A stretch of DNA of 55,610 nucleotides from Burkholderiales bacterium 28-67-8 (GTDB lineage Bacteria > Pseudomonadota > Gammaproteobacteria > Burkholderiales > Burkholderiaceae_C): contig NCFZ01000001.1 of NCBI GenBank assembly GCA_002281415.1, forward strand, positions 1 to 55,610, written 5' to 3'. Shown here in pieces: positions 42,671 through 51,553 of this stretch. Numbering within the stretch: the stretch's first letter is position 1; each line of letters starts with the position of its first letter. The position numbers and the translations under genes were made by a program. A model generated the notes under the pieces. The model saw only the letters and a list, made by a program, of their open reading frames with translations. It was not told the origin of the DNA and ran no database searches.

Positions 42671-44137
42671 TTAGCGCGGAACGAAGAAGGTCGACTTCTC
42701 AAACTGCATGGCCGATTTTGTTGCATGGGTGGCGCCAGCGGGCTCCACACCCCTGACTTCAAACAGCACGGGCATGGACCGCCCGGTAAACCCCTGCGCA
42801 ATGGCATAGGGCAGGCGCAAGCTCACCGAGATCGAGGCTACCGCGGCCGGGCCTGCGCTGGCCGACACCGCCAGGACATCCAAGCCGTCGATGCCGGAGG
42901 CAGAAATCCGGTAGGTCTGCGCTTCCTCCGTGCGGTTCATGATCTGGATCCGGTAGACGTTTTCGACCGTGCCGTCCTCAATCACCCGACCCAACGTGCC
43001 GCGGTCCTTGACAACGTCGAACTTGAACGGGCTGCGCATCGCCACGCTGGCTGCAAAAGCGACGCTGACCGCGCAGAGCGCGGCCCCGTAGATCAGCACG
43101 CGCGGCCTCAGCGCTCGCTTGAACATCTGTATCCGCGTCCAGCCGTTGACGACGCCGTTCTCGGTGGAATAGCGGATCAGCCCCTTGGCATAGCCCATCT
43201 TGTCCATCACGTCGTCGCAGACGTCAATGCACGCCGCGCAGCCGATGCACTCGTTCTGCAACCCGTTGCGGATGTCGATGCCAGTCGGGCAGACCTGCAC
43301 GCACAGGGTGCAGTCGATGCAGTCGCCCAGCCCCTGCGCCGACGCACTGGCCTTCCTTGATCGCGAACCGCGGGGATCTCCGCGCCCCGCGTCGTAGGTG
43401 ATGATCAACGAGTCCTTGTCGATCAGGGCGCTCTGGAATCGCGCGTAAGGGCACATGTACTTGCACATCTGCTCGCGCAGGAAGCCGGCATTGCCATAGG
43501 TGGCGGCGCCATAGAACAGCACCCAGAAGGCGTTCCAGCCGGACATGTCCCATGTCAGCGTGGCGGCGGCCAATTCCCGGATCGGTGTGAAATAGCCTAC
43601 GAAGCTGAAACCGGTGATCAGCGCGATGCTCAACCACACCCCTTGCTTGGCGCCTTTGCGCAGGATCTTGTTCAAACCCCAGGGTGCCTGGTCCAGGCGC
43701 ATGCGCGCGATGCGGTCGCCCTCGATCTTGCGCTCCGCCCACATGAAGATCTCGGTGTAGACCGTTTGCGGGCAGGTGTAGCCGCACCACAGCCGGCCGG
43801 CGACGGCTGTGAAGAAGAACAAGGCCAGCGCGGACAGCACCAGCAGCGCTGCCAGGAAGATCAGGTCCTGCGGATAGAGAAGCAGCCCGAAGATGTAGAA
43901 GCGCTGGGCCTCCAGGTCGAACAGCACCGCCTGGCGTCCACCCCATTGCAGCCAGGGTCCGCCGTAGAACAGCAACTGCGTCAACCAGACGAAGACCCAG
44001 CGCCAGGTCGCGAACCAGCCTTTCACGGCCCGCGGATAGATCGTCGCCTGCTTTTGGTACATGGAGACGAACTGCGCGCCGTCGTCTCCTGCGGCCGACG
44101 CGGCCGCGATGGGGATGACCTTCCTGGAATTGCCCAT
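42671..44137 (-). CDS. ccoG: CcoG/FixG/RdxA-family membrane polyferredoxin
   Basis: Contains RLWCGYTCPQT, CKYMCPYARFQ and two 4Fe-4S motifs (CIDCTLCVQVCP, CIGCAACIDVC), with a C-terminal Ig-like domain. ATG 44137. Confidence 0.85.
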   Translation of the reverse strand: MGNSRKVIPIAAASAAGDDGAQFVSMYQKQATIYPRAVKGWFATWRWVFVWLTQLLFYGGPWLQWGGRQAVLFDLEAQRFYIFGLLLYPQDLIFLAALLVLSALALFFFTAVAGRLWCGYTCPQTVYTEIFMWAERKIEGDRIARMRLDQAPWGLNKILRKGAKQGVWLSIALITGFSFVGYFTPIRELAAATLTWDMSGWNAFWVLFYGAATYGNAGFLREQMCKYMCPYARFQSALIDKDSLIITYDAGRGDPRGSRSRKASASAQGLGDCIDCTLCVQVCPTGIDIRNGLQNECIGCAACIDVCDDVMDKMGYAKGLIRYSTENGVVNGWTRIQMFKRALRPRVLIYGAALCAVSVAFAASVAMRSPFKFDVVKDRGTLGRVIEDGTVENVYRIQIMNRTEEAQTYRISASGIDGLDVLAVSASAGPAAVASISVSLRLPYAIAQGFTGRSMPVLFEVRGVEPAGATHATKSAMQFEKSTFFVPR

Positions 44138-44183
44138 GCCTACTGCGCACCCTGCGTGCAAGCCGGAGATCGGGAACTCGTCG

Positions 44184-44507
44184 TCATCGCTTCAGCTCAC
44201 CCAGCTTGTGTTCGATCTTGCTCCACGCCTCGGCATCCGGTAGTGCGAGTTTGGTCTGCGTGATGGGCTTCCATTGCCGAGAGAGTTCGGCGTTCAGCGG
44301 AGTGAAGTGCTGCTGGTTGGAGGGCACGTCTTCCTCGGCGTAGATGGCGTTCACCGGACACTCTGGAACGCAGACCGCGCAGTCGATGCATTCGTCCGGA
44401 TCGATGACCAGGAAGTTCGGACCTTCGCGAAACGCGTCGACCGGACACACGTCCACGCAGTCGGTGTACTTGCACCGGATGCAGGCTTCGGTGACGACGA
44501 AAGTCAT
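44184..44507 (-). CDS. fdxA: 7Fe (Azotobacter-type) ferredoxin
   Basis: [51 protein letters not shown] is near-canonical FdxA. Confidence 0.9.
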   Translation of the reverse strand: MTFVVTEACIRCKYTDCVDVCPVDAFREGPNFLVIDPDECIDCAVCVPECPVNAIYAEEDVPSNQQHFTPLNAELSRQWKPITQTKLALPDAEAWSKIEHKLGELKR

Positions 44508-44525
44508 CGGCGCGCGATCCCGGTC

Positions 44526-44840
44526 TCAGCCGCAGCAGGCACCGCCCGAGCAGCACGAATCACCCTTGGCGGCGGCCGACGGCGCTGACGGCTGAGCGAT
44601 GCGGGTGATCTGGATGCGCCAGACTGCCGGGCCTGCTTCCAACAGGGCCCACTCGAACTGCCCGTAGGCGCGGTCTTCGAATTGGTAGCGCAGGGGCTGC
44701 GGATTGTGGTCGTTCACGAGTTGCAGCGACTGACCGGTGGCCAGGGCGTCGAAGCGTCCGAAGATCAGCGGGTGACGTTCACGCGGCGGAATCGTCCGCA
44801 GATCCAGTTCATGGGTGGGTGAGGTCAGGGTTTCAGTCAT
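44526..44840 (-). CDS. DUF2249 domain protein with Cys-rich C-terminal tail
   Basis: LDLRTIPPRERHPLIFGRFDALATGQSLQLVNDHNPQPLRYQF...WALLEAGPAVWRIQITR, ending in a GDSCCSGGACCG tail. Confidence 0.8.
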   Translation of the reverse strand: MTETLTSPTHELDLRTIPPRERHPLIFGRFDALATGQSLQLVNDHNPQPLRYQFEDRAYGQFEWALLEAGPAVWRIQITRIAQPSAPSAAAKGDSCCSGGACCG

Positions 44841-44956
44841 GGGAGCCTCTCAGAGGTGGAGTGGGCACCTGGACGCGCGACAGCGGGCGCCGGCGGTGCG
44901 GTTGGGGAAGCGAGGTGATCAGATGAGCTTGGGCAGTGCGACGGAGTCGATATCGT

Positions 44957-46195
44957 TCAGCCGTCCTTGCCATCCAGACGGTCGCTGAGCAGCCAGGGCG
45001 CAAAGACCCACAGGTACAGTGCAAAGGCGCTGGCCCATGCGGCTGCGGCCACCACCAGCCAATCTGTGGTCTGCGCCGGAGCCATCAAAGGCAGCAGCAC
45101 GCGGGCCACGGCAGCAGCAGCCACCAACAGGTAGGCGGCCACCTCCATCCGGGACGCCTTCAGCGCGCGACCCGTGTGGCCGCGAGCGGTACGCGTGACC
45201 ATGCCGATGATGAGGCCAGCCGTCGCGCCGACAGCCAATGCGTGGATGCCGGCCGACGCCGCTACGCCTCCCACTTGCGACCAGGCCAACAGCAGGAATC
45301 CGACGGGCAACCAGGCGTACGCCGCATGCAGCACCCACAGAATGGCGCGAGTGCGGGTTCGCCACGGCTGCCAGCTCCAAAGGCGTGCGGCATGCAACAG
45401 GGCTGCAATGGCGAATCCGGCGGACGTGCCCGGGTTCGGCGGCAGCAGCACCCATGCCGTCAACGACATCGCCGTCGCGGCCAGCGTGCTGCGTTCCAGC
45501 CACGGCGGAACCTGCAGCTGCCGACCCGGCAGCGCGGACATGGTGAAGGCCGGGATCACCCGCCCCGCGATCACGCACTCGATCATCACGATCAGCGCCA
45601 GTCCGGCGTGCAACGCACGCAGTGGATCGAAGGCAAGCCATCCCATAGCGGACAGGTGAAAGGTGAGGTTGGCCGTCGCCAGCAAGACGAGGATCACGCC
45701 CAGCGGCAGGTTGCGTCGGTTGCCGGCCTTCAACAGCACGCGGATCAACACCAGCGCCACCCAGGGCAGGAGTGCCAGGTCCAGCAAGGCGTACACCCCA
45801 TAGGGCGCCCATAAGGCTGAGAGCCGCGCCGCTAGCCACAGCCCCGCCATGGCAGCCAGAGTGGCGCCGCGCGGCGTAGCCAGCCCAGTCCAGGCCTTGC
45901 CGGCCGTCAGCAGGAAGCCGACGATCACAGCCATGGCAAAGCCGTACAGCATCTCGTGGGCGTGCCACAGCAGCGGCGGCATCGTGGAGGGCAATGCCAG
46001 CCACCCCAAGAGGCCTGCAATCCAGTACGGGACTGCCACCAAGCCGAAGGCGGCGGCACCCAGGTAGAACGGCCGAAACCCCAGTCGGAACAGGGGCCAC
46101 CCGGGCAACGCAAAGTGCGCGCGCGAACTGGACGCCGCGCCAGCCGCGGCGCCTTCCACTTGCGGCAGAGGCATGGTGGGGGCAGCCTTCTTCAT
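44957..46195 (-). CDS. nnrS: NnrS family heme/copper membrane protein
   Basis: Has LFRLGFRPFYLGAAAFGLVAVPYW and WHAHEMLYGFAMAVIVGFLLTA, with 12 TM segments. It is the internal ATG of track ORF 44957..46375. Confidence 0.85.
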   Translation of the reverse strand: MKKAAPTMPLPQVEGAAAGAASSSRAHFALPGWPLFRLGFRPFYLGAAAFGLVAVPYWIAGLLGWLALPSTMPPLLWHAHEMLYGFAMAVIVGFLLTAGKAWTGLATPRGATLAAMAGLWLAARLSALWAPYGVYALLDLALLPWVALVLIRVLLKAGNRRNLPLGVILVLLATANLTFHLSAMGWLAFDPLRALHAGLALIVMIECVIAGRVIPAFTMSALPGRQLQVPPWLERSTLAATAMSLTAWVLLPPNPGTSAGFAIAALLHAARLWSWQPWRTRTRAILWVLHAAYAWLPVGFLLLAWSQVGGVAASAGIHALAVGATAGLIIGMVTRTARGHTGRALKASRMEVAAYLLVAAAAVARVLLPLMAPAQTTDWLVVAAAAWASAFALYLWVFAPWLLSDRLDGKDG

Positions 46196-46242
46196 GGCCG
46201 CGAGCTCCCAACCCGGAGCCTGGACGTTCGGCTGTCGACTAA

Positions 46243-46265
46243 AAGATGCAGCATACATGCATGTT
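46243..46265. promoter_or_regulatory. NsrR-type operator candidate 1
   Basis: AAGATGCAGCA-T-ACATGCATGTT has 11-1-11 architecture. The outer arms AAGATGCA and TGCATGTT match the AAGATGC...GCATCTT consensus. It lies 48 nt upstream of the nnrS ATG. Confidence 0.6.
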
Positions 46266-46283
46266 AATGACTCGCCGACATTA

Positions 46284-46306
46284 AAGCAATACACTGCGTG
46301 CATCTT
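46284..46306. promoter_or_regulatory. NsrR-type operator candidate 2 (one good half-site)
   Basis: In AAGCAATACACTGCGTGCATCTT the right arm TGCATCTT is perfect and the left arm is weak. It overlaps the nsrR RBS region. Its centre is 41 bp from the centre of box 1. Confidence 0.35.
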
Positions 46307-46317
46307 TAAGGATGACC

Positions 46318-46827
46318 ATGCGCTTGTCCGAATACACCGACTACACGCTGCGGGTGCTGATGTACTGCGCGGCACATCGGGATCGCCTGGTCACGATCGG
46401 CGAGCTTGCCGAACAGCATGGGCTGTCGAAGAACCATCTGATGAAGGTCGTCAACGACCTGGCCCGCCAGGGCTTGCTGGAAACCACCCGAGGGCGCGGC
46501 GGCGGACTGCGGCTGTTGGCCGAACCAGAGACCATCCGCATCGGCGATGTGGTGCGCGCCACCGAGACCGACTTCCGCCTGGTGGAGTGTTTCGACGCCG
46601 CCACCAACGCCTGCACGCTGTCGCCGAGTTGCCGGCTCAAGCACTTGTTCGACCAAGCATTGGCCGGCTACTTCAAGGCCCTGGACGGCGCAACGTTGGC
46701 GGATATGACCCACGGCTCGCCTAGGACCGGTGGCCGACAGAACGCAGCGCCGGCAGGTCGCAAGCTGGCCGCGGTGGTGACGGCACCCGCTCCACGCAGG
46801 GCAGCCCGCGCGGACCGCAGCGCCTGA
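46318..46827 (+). CDS. nsrR: Rrf2-family NO-sensing repressor
   Basis: Starts MRLSEYTDYTLRVLMYCAAHRDRLVTIGELAEQHGLSKNHLMKVVNDLARQGLL. Cluster ligands are in CFDAATNACTLSPSC. AAGGA RBS lies 5 nt upstream. An alternative ATG is at 46312. Confidence 0.85.
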   Translation: MRLSEYTDYTLRVLMYCAAHRDRLVTIGELAEQHGLSKNHLMKVVNDLARQGLLETTRGRGGGLRLLAEPETIRIGDVVRATETDFRLVECFDAATNACTLSPSCRLKHLFDQALAGYFKALDGATLADMTHGSPRTGGRQNAAPAGRKLAAVVTAPAPRRAARADRSA

Positions 46828-46850
46828 TCGCCCCAACTAGAGCGCGCGCG

Positions 46851-47414
46851 ATGACCCAAGCCCTTCCCGGCCACAGTGCCCCTGCCGTCGGCTTCGAAGT
46901 GCCCCTGGAAATGCTGGCCGCCTGCCATGGGCGCGTGCAGCATCAGTGCGAGACCCTGCTGCGCCTGCTCGACCACCTGAAGAGCCACGGCGCTGACCGG
47001 TCTGCTCAAGAGGCCGCGCAGGCCGTCATGCGCTATTTCGACACCGCTGCCCGCCACCACCACGAAGACGAGGAACTGGACCTGTTCCCCGCCTTGCTGG
47101 AGTCCATGGGCGGATCCGATGCGGTTTGCCTGCGCGAGCTGACCGAATCGCTGCGCGGAGATCACCGCCTGCTGGAACGACGCTGGGCCTCGTTGCGCGA
47201 GCGTCTGATGCAAGTCACCGAAGGCTCTGCTGCGGCGCTCGAGGACGATGATGTAAAGGGATTCGTGCAACTGTACGAGCAGCACATCGCTCGGGAAGAA
47301 GCGGAGCTGCTTCCCATGGCGGCCCGCTTACTGAGTGCCGTCGAACTGGACCGTATCGGCTTGGCCATGCGCTCCCGGCGGGGCATCACGGCGCTGAGCT
47401 TGCATCACAGCTGA
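46851..47414 (+). CDS. Hemerythrin (HHE cation-binding) domain protein
   Basis: Has H..E motifs: CHGRVQHQCE, RHHHEDEELDLFP and HIAREEAELLP. It lies 23 nt downstream of nsrR. Confidence 0.75.
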   Translation: MTQALPGHSAPAVGFEVPLEMLAACHGRVQHQCETLLRLLDHLKSHGADRSAQEAAQAVMRYFDTAARHHHEDEELDLFPALLESMGGSDAVCLRELTESLRGDHRLLERRWASLRERLMQVTEGSAAALEDDDVKGFVQLYEQHIAREEAELLPMAARLLSAVELDRIGLAMRSRRGITALSLHHS

Positions 47415-48022
47415 CCGGCTTGCCAATGGCTGATGACGGGTGATGCCGAGACATCGCCCTTGGGATGGGCCGCCCGCTTGGGGCAGCCTGCGATGATCCA
47501 GCTGGCAAGCCGTTCCCCCGGCACGCAAAAGGCCTGATGAACGGCCCGGTCGGACACCGAAGCCCCACTCAGTGCCTTGGCGCCGAAGCCCATCAGGTGC
47601 AACGCGTTCATGAAGTTCATCAAGGCTGCCCCCACACACACCCATTGTTCGTGCGCAGGCACATCCGGAACATCGTCTCGAACTCTGGCGACCAAGGCAG
47701 CAAGCCCAGGGCCATTGAAGGCGCGCGCCCGGGCGCGCTCGACCTCTTCGGGACCCTGTCCACGCTGTTGTGCGCCCAGGGCAAACAGATCGGAAAGCGC
47801 AGAGCGCTGGCCATCGCCCACGACGACGAAACGAAACGGCCGCAGCCCGCCATGGTCGGGCGCGCGCAAGGCAAGGTCCGCAGCGCGGGCCCACTGCGCG
47901 GCATTTGGCCCCGGCAGGGCCAGATGCTTCGGCCCGACCGAATAGCGCAGACCGAGCAGGTCCAGCATTTCCGAAACCGCCGCGCTCGGCTCTGCGCTGG
48001 TGGCAGTCTCCAGCACACTCAT
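47405..48022 (-). CDS. Nitroreductase family protein
   Basis: Contains RYSVGPKHL, APDHGGLRPFRFVVV and MNFMNALHLMGFGAKALSG. The start overlaps the narL stop. Confidence 0.75.
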   Translation of the reverse strand: MSVLETATSAEPSAAVSEMLDLLGLRYSVGPKHLALPGPNAAQWARAADLALRAPDHGGLRPFRFVVVGDGQRSALSDLFALGAQQRGQGPEEVERARARAFNGPGLAALVARVRDDVPDVPAHEQWVCVGAALMNFMNALHLMGFGAKALSGASVSDRAVHQAFCVPGERLASWIIAGCPKRAAHPKGDVSASPVISHWQAGQL

Positions 48023-48690
48023 CCCGAGCGTCCAGCGAGGTACACCGCCGCCTGCACACGCGAACTGAGGTTCAGCTTGCGAAGGATGTGCTGCACATGG
48101 ATCTTCACGGTGGCTTCGGCGATGTTCAAGTCTCGCGCCACTTCCTTGTTGCTGGCACCCTTGGCGATCAGGGTCAGGATCTCGCGCTCGCGGGGCGACA
48201 GGCTGTGGATGGGGTCGGCGTCAACGGCCGTCGGAGGCGGCGAAGAAGTCCCCTGCCCGGCCTGGAACGCATTGACCAGCTTGCTTGTCATTTCGGGGCT
48301 GACCACCGACTCACCGGCCATCGTGCGCTGGATCGCCGAAGCCAGCATCTCGCTGTCCATGGTCTTGAGCAGGTAGCCGCGGGCGCCACCGCGCAACGCT
48401 GCCGACAGGTCCTGCTCGTCTTCGCTGACGGTCAGCATCAACACCTTGGCCTGCGGGGCCAAGGCCTTGAATCCGGCCAGTGCATCGACCCCATTGACGC
48501 CCGGCATGTGGTTGTCCAGCAGGATGACATCGGGCTGAGTCGCTGCGGCCCGCTGGTGTGCTTCGTTGGCGTCCCCAGCCTCGGCGACGACCAGGAAGCG
48601 GGCGTCACCGGCAAGCAGCGCGATCAAACCGCGCCGGAACAGCGTGTGGTCGTCGACCACGAGTACGCGGATGGGCTGCATCGCGGTCAC
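48019..48690 (-). CDS. narL: NarL-type response regulator (REC + LuxR HTH)
   Basis: Has IRVLVVDDHTLFRRGL, VILLDNHMPG, and LSPREREILTLIAKGASNKEVARDLNIAEATVKIHVQHILRKL. GTG 48690 has a GAAGGG RBS. An alternative ATG is at 48681. Confidence 0.85.
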   Translation of the reverse strand: MTAMQPIRVLVVDDHTLFRRGLIALLAGDARFLVVAEAGDANEAHQRAAATQPDVILLDNHMPGVNGVDALAGFKALAPQAKVLMLTVSEDEQDLSAALRGGARGYLLKTMDSEMLASAIQRTMAGESVVSPEMTSKLVNAFQAGQGTSSPPPTAVDADPIHSLSPREREILTLIAKGASNKEVARDLNIAEATVKIHVQHILRKLNLSSRVQAAVYLAGRSG

Positions 48691-48748
48691 TGGACTGCCC
48701 TTCGGGCAGCGAGCTCCGGGATGAGCGCCTGGGGACGGCCTGATGCGC

Positions 48749-50626
48749 TCATGCCGCCAACCCCAGTCGCTCGGGCAACTTCAGCACCACGCAGGTGCCC
48801 GAGCCTGGCACCGAGGCCACCTCCACCGTGGCGCCGATGTTCTGCGCCCGCTCGCGCATGATGCGCAGGCCCACATGGGTTTCGTCGGGGCCGGCGCCAT
48901 CGGGATCGAAGCCGCGGCCGTCGTCGCGCACCTCCACGCGCCAATGTGGCGTCTGCTGCACTTCCACCCACACCTCGCGCGCCTGCGCATGCTTGCGCAC
49001 GTTGGACAAGGCTTCCTGAACGACATGCAGCACCTGAACTTGCACATCGGCCGGAAGCGGCATGCCGTCCCCTTCAATGTCGAGATGGGTCGTCAGACCC
49101 GTCTGATGCTCGAACTTCTGCAAGGTGGTCTTCAAGGCGGGGGTGATGTCTTCGTGGTTGGTTCGGGTGCGGAAGTGCACCAGGAGCTCACGCACATCGC
49201 CCAAGCTCTCGTGGACACCTGCGTCGAGCTCGCCCAGCGTTTTTTCGATGCGCCCAGCGTCAGCGCTCTTGATATCGGTTCGCAGCAGGCCGAGCTGGAT
49301 CTTCAGGAAAGCCAGGCTCTGCGCGATGGAGTCGTGCAGTTCGCGTGCAATGAAGCTGCGCTCCTCGGCCACTGCCGTCTCACGCTGGAGCGCGGCCGCA
49401 CGCAGGCCCTCGATGGCGCCCGCCAGGTGGCTGGCGATGGTTTCCAGCAGCGCGCGGTCGTCGTCGGACAGCTGCCGAGGTTCGCGGTAGAAGAGGTTGA
49501 GCTCGCCCACCATGCGCTCGTGCAGCCGGACGGGCACGCTGATGACGGTCTGGAAGCCTTCGCGTGCGCAGTGTCCCAGCCGCGAAGCGGGGCCATCCGG
49601 CAAGATGGGTATCACGCGTGTCATCGCGCCGCCCTGCGGCTGCCCGCATAGACAGTCGCCCGTGGGGATACACAGTTCCTCGTCGATCACCGCCTGCGGT
49701 AGGCAGTCCGACGCCAGCAGCAGGTACTTGCGGTTGGCTTCGTCGGACCACCGCACGGCCGATGCGTCGGCGCGGGCGACCTGACGTACCTGCTTGGCAA
49801 TTCCTTCGCCAAGGACTTCGATCGTCTCGGCTCCCGCCACGAATGCGGCCGACTCATACAGGGCGGCCAGGCGGGCGCGCTCGGCTTCCAGGCGCTCGGT
49901 CTTCTCCCGCACCTTGGACTCCAGGTTCTGGTAAAGGCCCTGCAGTGTTTCGGTCATGCGATTGAAGCCTGCCGCCAGTGCGCCGAACTCATCGCTGGCT
50001 CCAGGCACGACGCGCGCGGCCAGGTCACCAGATTCCACCCGGGCCAGCCCGTCCTGCAGCCTGGACAGTGGGTTGAAGATGAACAGGTAGGCCGAATAGA
50101 GCAAGGCGATCGCGCTGCCGATGGTCAAGGCGACCATCACGAACTGAACGGCGTTCAAGATGGCCGTCAAACGGGACAGGTGGTGCTCGATGGCCGAGAC
50201 AAACGTGTCAATCCGGTCCACAAACGCGTCGGCCTGCTGCGCCGACTGTTCGGCGCCTGGCCTCGGCAGCGAGTTCCAGCTCGCCTTGAGCACCATCCAG
50301 TCGCGCTCCACAGCGGCAAATGCCCCCTGCGATGCTTCGTCGTGCGGCACGAACAGCGGGCGCGCAGGATCACCCGTTCGCAACACGGCCACACTCTGGT
50401 CGAACTGCGCCACCAGTCCGGAAATCGGCTGTGTGTTCGCGCGGGCCAGCGTCTGGGCAATGCGCCAGGTCTGCATGCGCATGCGGCCGGCCTCGTTGAC
50501 CGCAGCTGCTCCGCCTTCGAGCTGCCATGTCACCCACAAGGTCAGGCCGATCGAGGCGAACGCCATCAACAACAAGGTGCTGCCGATGGCGCCCAGTTTG
50601 GCGGAAAGGCTCCATGAACGGGGCAT
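48749..50626 (-). CDS. narX: NarX-type nitrate/nitrite sensor kinase
   Basis: Periplasmic P-box AVNEAGRMRMQTWRIAQ, HAMP domain, H-box ARELHDSIAQSL and HATPase domain. It is the internal ATG of track ORF 48749..50737. Confidence 0.85.
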   Translation of the reverse strand: MPRSWSLSAKLGAIGSTLLLMAFASIGLTLWVTWQLEGGAAAVNEAGRMRMQTWRIAQTLARANTQPISGLVAQFDQSVAVLRTGDPARPLFVPHDEASQGAFAAVERDWMVLKASWNSLPRPGAEQSAQQADAFVDRIDTFVSAIEHHLSRLTAILNAVQFVMVALTIGSAIALLYSAYLFIFNPLSRLQDGLARVESGDLAARVVPGASDEFGALAAGFNRMTETLQGLYQNLESKVREKTERLEAERARLAALYESAAFVAGAETIEVLGEGIAKQVRQVARADASAVRWSDEANRKYLLLASDCLPQAVIDEELCIPTGDCLCGQPQGGAMTRVIPILPDGPASRLGHCAREGFQTVISVPVRLHERMVGELNLFYREPRQLSDDDRALLETIASHLAGAIEGLRAAALQRETAVAEERSFIARELHDSIAQSLAFLKIQLGLLRTDIKSADAGRIEKTLGELDAGVHESLGDVRELLVHFRTRTNHEDITPALKTTLQKFEHQTGLTTHLDIEGDGMPLPADVQVQVLHVVQEALSNVRKHAQAREVWVEVQQTPHWRVEVRDDGRGFDPDGAGPDETHVGLRIMRERAQNIGATVEVASVPGSGTCVVLKLPERLGLAA

Positions 50627-50684
50627 TCGTGCACTGTACTGGAGGCCGCAGGCAGACGGCTCCGGGCGCAGCCATTGAACGCCC

Positions 50685-51140
50685 TCAGCCTCCATGGGAC
50701 ACCCACGCCTGTAGAAGCCCCAACGGGTGATGCACAAGCGCCACCGATGCCATGAACAGGTAGACCATCAGCGCGGCAACGTAACTGACGCGGCGCGTCA
50801 CCCTGGTCGGTGCCCGTTTGAGCGCGAGCGAGCCGAGCACGACGTACAACACCAGGAGCAGCAATTTCGTCCCCAGCCAGGGGCTGGTGATCGGATTCAA
50901 CGAAAGAATCGTCCAGAGCGTGACACCGGCCGTCAGCAGCAGGGTGTCGATACCGTAGCTCAGCATCCGCCAGGGTCTGGCCATCGCCCACCCCTGGCCC
51001 GCCATCACCAACGTGCCGCGCAGGGCAAACAGGGCTCCACTGGCCAGCACGAGGCCGACGTGAGCCAACTTGATGGCTGGGTACCAGGGTGCGATATCAA
51101 GCACGGTGAGAGATGCGGATAAGCTCCAGCCCATGGACAT
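50685..51140 (-). CDS. SirB2-family membrane protein (start uncertain)
   Basis: Has IKLAHVGLVLASGALFALRG, SYGIDTLLLTAGV and LLLLVLYVVLGSLALKR. The track start overlaps the divergent gene, so the GTG near 51098 (VLDIAPWY) is a likely true start. Confidence 0.65.
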   Translation of the reverse strand: MSMGWSLSASLTVLDIAPWYPAIKLAHVGLVLASGALFALRGTLVMAGQGWAMARPWRMLSYGIDTLLLTAGVTLWTILSLNPITSPWLGTKLLLLVLYVVLGSLALKRAPTRVTRRVSYVAALMVYLFMASVALVHHPLGLLQAWVSHGG

Positions 51141-51537
51141 CAGCCACTTCGATCACCTGCTGGCCGCCGCGCGGCAGCAACCCGACGCACAGCGACTTCT
51201 GCTGGTTTTTGCTGCAGCGAGCCTGCCCGCGGGGGCCACGGCCGAACAACAGGCCCGCTTTGAAGCGGGCGAATCCGGCGAACTGGCACCGCTGATGTGC
51301 GTCGACAAGGATCCGGTCGAATTGAAGGACTTCGCCGCATTGCGGGCCGAAGCCTTGGCCATGGGCCATGACTGGGCCCTGGTCTTCGCCGCCGCCATGT
51401 CCGGCCAGGGACGACAGGCCCCCGCGCCGGCCCAGGTGGAGGCGGCGCTCACGCGCATGGTGGAAGCGGTGAAGTCCGGCCAACTGAGCGGCATGATTCC
51501 GTTCGATCGACAGGGCGAAGCGGTTCAATTGGGCTGA
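51133..51537 (+). CDS. Hypothetical cytoplasmic protein
   Basis: 134 aa starting MDISHFDHLLAAARQQPDAQRLLLVFAAASLP. No motif recognised. GC3-rich coding look. Confidence 0.5.
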   Translation: MDISHFDHLLAAARQQPDAQRLLLVFAAASLPAGATAEQQARFEAGESGELAPLMCVDKDPVELKDFAALRAEALAMGHDWALVFAAAMSGQGRQAPAPAQVEAALTRMVEAVKSGQLSGMIPFDRQGEAVQLG

Positions 51538-51553
51538 AGGACCGACCACGGCT

